The translations under genes were made by a program, and so were the position numbers. Of a stretch of DNA of 28,746 bases, positions 26,756 through 28,746 are shown one piece after another. Origin of the DNA: a virus (Duplodnaviria > Caudoviricetes); the IMG/VR virus record IMGVR_UViG_3300020426_000019, positions 1 through 28,746 of that record; one strand, written 5' to 3'. A model generated the notes under the pieces. That model had not been told where the DNA came from. It ran no database searches and saw nothing but the letters and a program-made list of their open reading frames with translations. The first letter of the stretch is position 1, and each line of letters begins with the position of its first letter.

Positions 26756-27157
26756 TTAGTGCGCCTTCGACGTTTCTTCGATTGCGTCGCCATTCTGGTC
26801 CACGAGTGTTGCCAACCCTCGCAACCAGTGCGCGGCACCAGCCGCGCCGCGCGTCCGGGCGACCCGCTCCACAAGGGTGTTGCCGATTGTTACGACTGCG
26901 ATGCGCTCATCCACGCCCGCGACCATGAGCGAATTGATAAATTCATGCGCCTTGCGGGCTAGATCGACCATCTCCCTCTCGTCCATGGACATGGGATCGC
27001 GCGGCCCCGCCACCTCGATCTTACCAGCCTCGACCCGGAGGCCCGCGGCAAGCGCCGAATGGGTTACTCCCCCTGCTTCGATGAGCTCGCGGGCAAGATT
27101 TGCGATGGCAGTGCAGAAATTTCGGATGGCCTCTGGCTTGTGTTCGTCATTCAGCAT
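26756..27157 (-). CDS. Hypothetical helical protein (133 aa)
   Basis: AAGGAG RBS before ATG 27157 (MLNDEHKPEA...). Confidence 0.75.
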   Translation of the reverse strand: MLNDEHKPEAIRNFCTAIANLARELIEAGGVTHSALAAGLRVEAGKIEVAGPRDPMSMDEREMVDLARKAHEFINSLMVAGVDERIAVVTIGNTLVERVARTRGAAGAAHWLRGLATLVDQNGDAIEETSKAH

Positions 27158-27240
27158 TGATCGTCTCCTTTTCGTAGGAAAAATGGGCGGTTGGGAAAGG
27201 TGAGGGGGTGGCCAGCGCGGCGCGGCGGCCCCAAGAAGCG

Positions 27241-27325
27241 AAAACTGTATTAGCAAACACTTTCGGGTCGGGAGCGGTGTCCTATCGGAGGGCGCTCCAA
27301 CTTTGCGACCACCCCCCACCCTGGG
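27241..27325 (-). other. Putative cos-like packaging site of the satellite
   Basis: Intergenic GGGTGGGGGGTGGTCGCAAAGTT...GGACACCGC...GCTAATACAGTTTT resembles sequence I recall upstream of terS in HK97-like cos phages; pattern recognition only. Confidence 0.45.
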
Positions 27326-27329
27326 CGGC

Positions 27330-27536
27330 TCAGGCCGGCCGGACGGCTTCGACCATCGCCTTGACGACACGGCGCGCCTTGGCCATCCCGACACGGCTGG
27401 CCAGCTGTTCGAAACAGATCATCATGAGCGTCGTCGTGGCTCGCGCCTGGTCGGCGCCCTCGTCGCCAGCGGCCATGATGAACGCATCGTGCAAGCGGCG
27501 AGCTTCAAGGCAAAGCTTCTCGTTCTCGGTCATCAT
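27330..27536 (-). CDS. Hypothetical helical protein (68 aa)
   Basis: ATGA-coupled to the Bro-N gene (MMTENEKLCLEARR...). Confidence 0.7.
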   Translation of the reverse strand: MMTENEKLCLEARRLHDAFIMAAGDEGADQARATTTLMMICFEQLASRVGMAKARRVVKAMVEAVRPA

Positions 27537-28273
27537 GCGCCCGCCTTCAACTCTGCCAGCCGCGCCAAGCCTTTCGGCGTCACCACGACCTGTTCGACCC
27601 ACTTGTCGGGCCGGCCGCGCACGGTGATGGTCGTGCCCTTGTGCTCCAGCAGCTTGGCTTCCAGCTTTGCGCCGAACGCGACGAAGTGGCCGCCTTCGCT
27701 GCGCCGGTATATCCAGTGATTGGCCTCCATCCACGCGAACAGGCGGCGCGGCTGGGCGTTCAGCGCCTTTGCCGCGTCGGTGATGCACAGGGAGCCGCGG
27801 GCATCGGTCAGTCGATCGAGCGCTTCGGCCTTCGGAGATAGCTTTGCGATCTGCTCGCTGGCATTCATGGTCCGGCTGGTATGCTCCAATAGCAGGCGCT
27901 GGAGCGTCGCCGGATCGTTGAGGTCCAGCGACGGAGCGGGGCTGCCATACTGCCCGGTCCGCAAGACGGTCGGCACAACCTCTGCTGTGATCCACTTGCG
28001 CACACGGTATGGCAGGGTGCCGGGCTTCATCGCGCCCCGGCAACGCAGCATCAGCGTCAGCAGTCCCGCGAGACTGACGATCGTGGCATCCGATCCCGAC
28101 CCTAGGTTTAACCGAGACTTCTCGGTGTCATCCAAACGGCTGGCCGCATCGCTGGGATTGCGGATGCCGAGCAGGCCGCAAGCGTCGGCAAGGACGAACC
28201 ACGGCTGGCCGCCCTGGTCGCTGATCGCCCTGATAGCGTGGCTCTCGAACTGGAAAGGGATGATGTCATTCAT
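27533..28273 (-). CDS. Bro-N / KilAC (ANT) antirepressor-like protein (246 aa)
   Basis: PWFVLADACGLLGIRNPSDA and RKWITAEVVPTVLRTGQY (Bro-N); PKAEALDRL...ITDAAKAL...VTPKGLARL (KilAC). Start at ATG 28273. Confidence 0.92.
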   Translation of the reverse strand: MNDIIPFQFESHAIRAISDQGGQPWFVLADACGLLGIRNPSDAASRLDDTEKSRLNLGSGSDATIVSLAGLLTLMLRCRGAMKPGTLPYRVRKWITAEVVPTVLRTGQYGSPAPSLDLNDPATLQRLLLEHTSRTMNASEQIAKLSPKAEALDRLTDARGSLCITDAAKALNAQPRRLFAWMEANHWIYRRSEGGHFVAFGAKLEAKLLEHKGTTITVRGRPDKWVEQVVVTPKGLARLAELKAGA

Positions 28274-28746
28274 GACGGTCTCCGTCGTCCGTTGGCTTTG
28301 AGGTCGGTGACGATGGCAAGGCGGTCGCGCGCCCATGCGGCATGGGTCGCGGACAGGCCCTCGCGTCCCAGGAACATGGATAGGGCTTCCTGCCAGTGGT
28401 CTAGGTTCGTGCTGTCGCCAGTGAGGCCGACAAAGGCGCGCTCTGTATGCGCCACCCATTCCAGAACAGCGGGGTCGCTCGAATATCCCCCTGCACCCCC
28501 TGAAGATGCTTTAGCATCTGAAGGGGAATGGTTGTTCTTTGGTAGTTTGGGTGTCTGTCTGACACGGGTAGGCGTCTGTGGGGCACCGGTGCCTGTCTGA
28601 CACCCGTGTCCCTCTGACACCTGTGTCTGTGAGACACCCCCCACAGCATTTCGGGGGTGGACGTTGTAGGCGGTGCCTTTGCCCGGAACGGCTCGCCGGG
28701 TGATATGCCCAGCCGCCTCAAGCGCCTTGGCTGCCCGCTGCACCGT
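28270..28746 (-). CDS. HTH replication initiator-like protein (partial, 5' end outside window)
   Basis: VQRAAKALEAAGHITR winged-helix end, followed by an iteron-encoded low-complexity linker, as in lambda O-type initiators. Confidence 0.7.
   Translation of the reverse strand, partial: TVQRAAKALEAAGHITRRAVPGKGTAYNVHPRNAVGGVSQTQVSEGHGCQTGTGAPQTPTRVRQTPKLPKNNHSPSDAKASSGGAGGYSSDPAVLEWVAHTERAFVGLTGDSTNLDHWQEALSMFLGREGLSATHAAWARDRLAIVTDLKANGRRRPS
28551..28637. repeat. Iteron array / putative replication origin
   Basis: Five GTGTC-N5-GACAC-type palindromes starting at 28551, 28572, 28589, 28606 and 28623 (last four at a 17-bp period). Confidence 0.8.

Larger units (their letters stand above)
18844..28746 (-). 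mobile_element. Helper-embedded phage satellite (PICI-like) integrated in terL; extends beyond right edge
   Basis: Integrase at the terL breakpoint, immunity-RNA-like module, Bro-N gene, replication gene with iterons, and second protease/capsid/TMP; no portal, terminase or tail tube genes visible. Confidence 0.85.

Noticed and set aside
28551-28637. CRISPR array
   Set aside because: 15-bp units separated by only 2-6 bp, inside a coding region, with no cas genes

Overview
Two nested mobile elements, almost all on the minus strand. (1) Positions 1-18850 are the morphogenesis operon of an HK97/lambda-like siphoviral prophage, GC-rich and probably alphaproteobacterial. It runs from the 3' half of terL through portal, prohead protease, major capsid (with an unusual hydrophobic leader), head-tail joining genes, tail tube, G/GT chaperones with a -1 frameshift, two convergent morons, a 1678-aa tape measure protein (TMP) and a fused tail-tip protein, to a tail spike with an SGNH/GDSL motif that runs off the left edge. 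(2) From ~18844 to beyond the right edge, a phage satellite sits inside that prophage's terL gene, between the ATPase and nuclease domains. It has an att core and tyrosine integrase, a c4/CI-like antisense-RNA module ahead of the integrase operon, a Bro-N/KilAC protein, a replication gene with five palindromic iterons and a cos-like site. Its compact late module is protease + capsid + its own TMP (1178 aa), which keeps helper-like termini but has a different, 500-aa shorter middle. Best candidate novel system: a helper-embedded satellite that splits the helper's terminase gene until it excises, and replaces both capsid and TMP while borrowing portal, connectors, tail tube, chaperones and tip. 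The second att and the 5' half of terL are outside the window, so excision and all functional claims are inference. All family assignments are by eye, without database searches.
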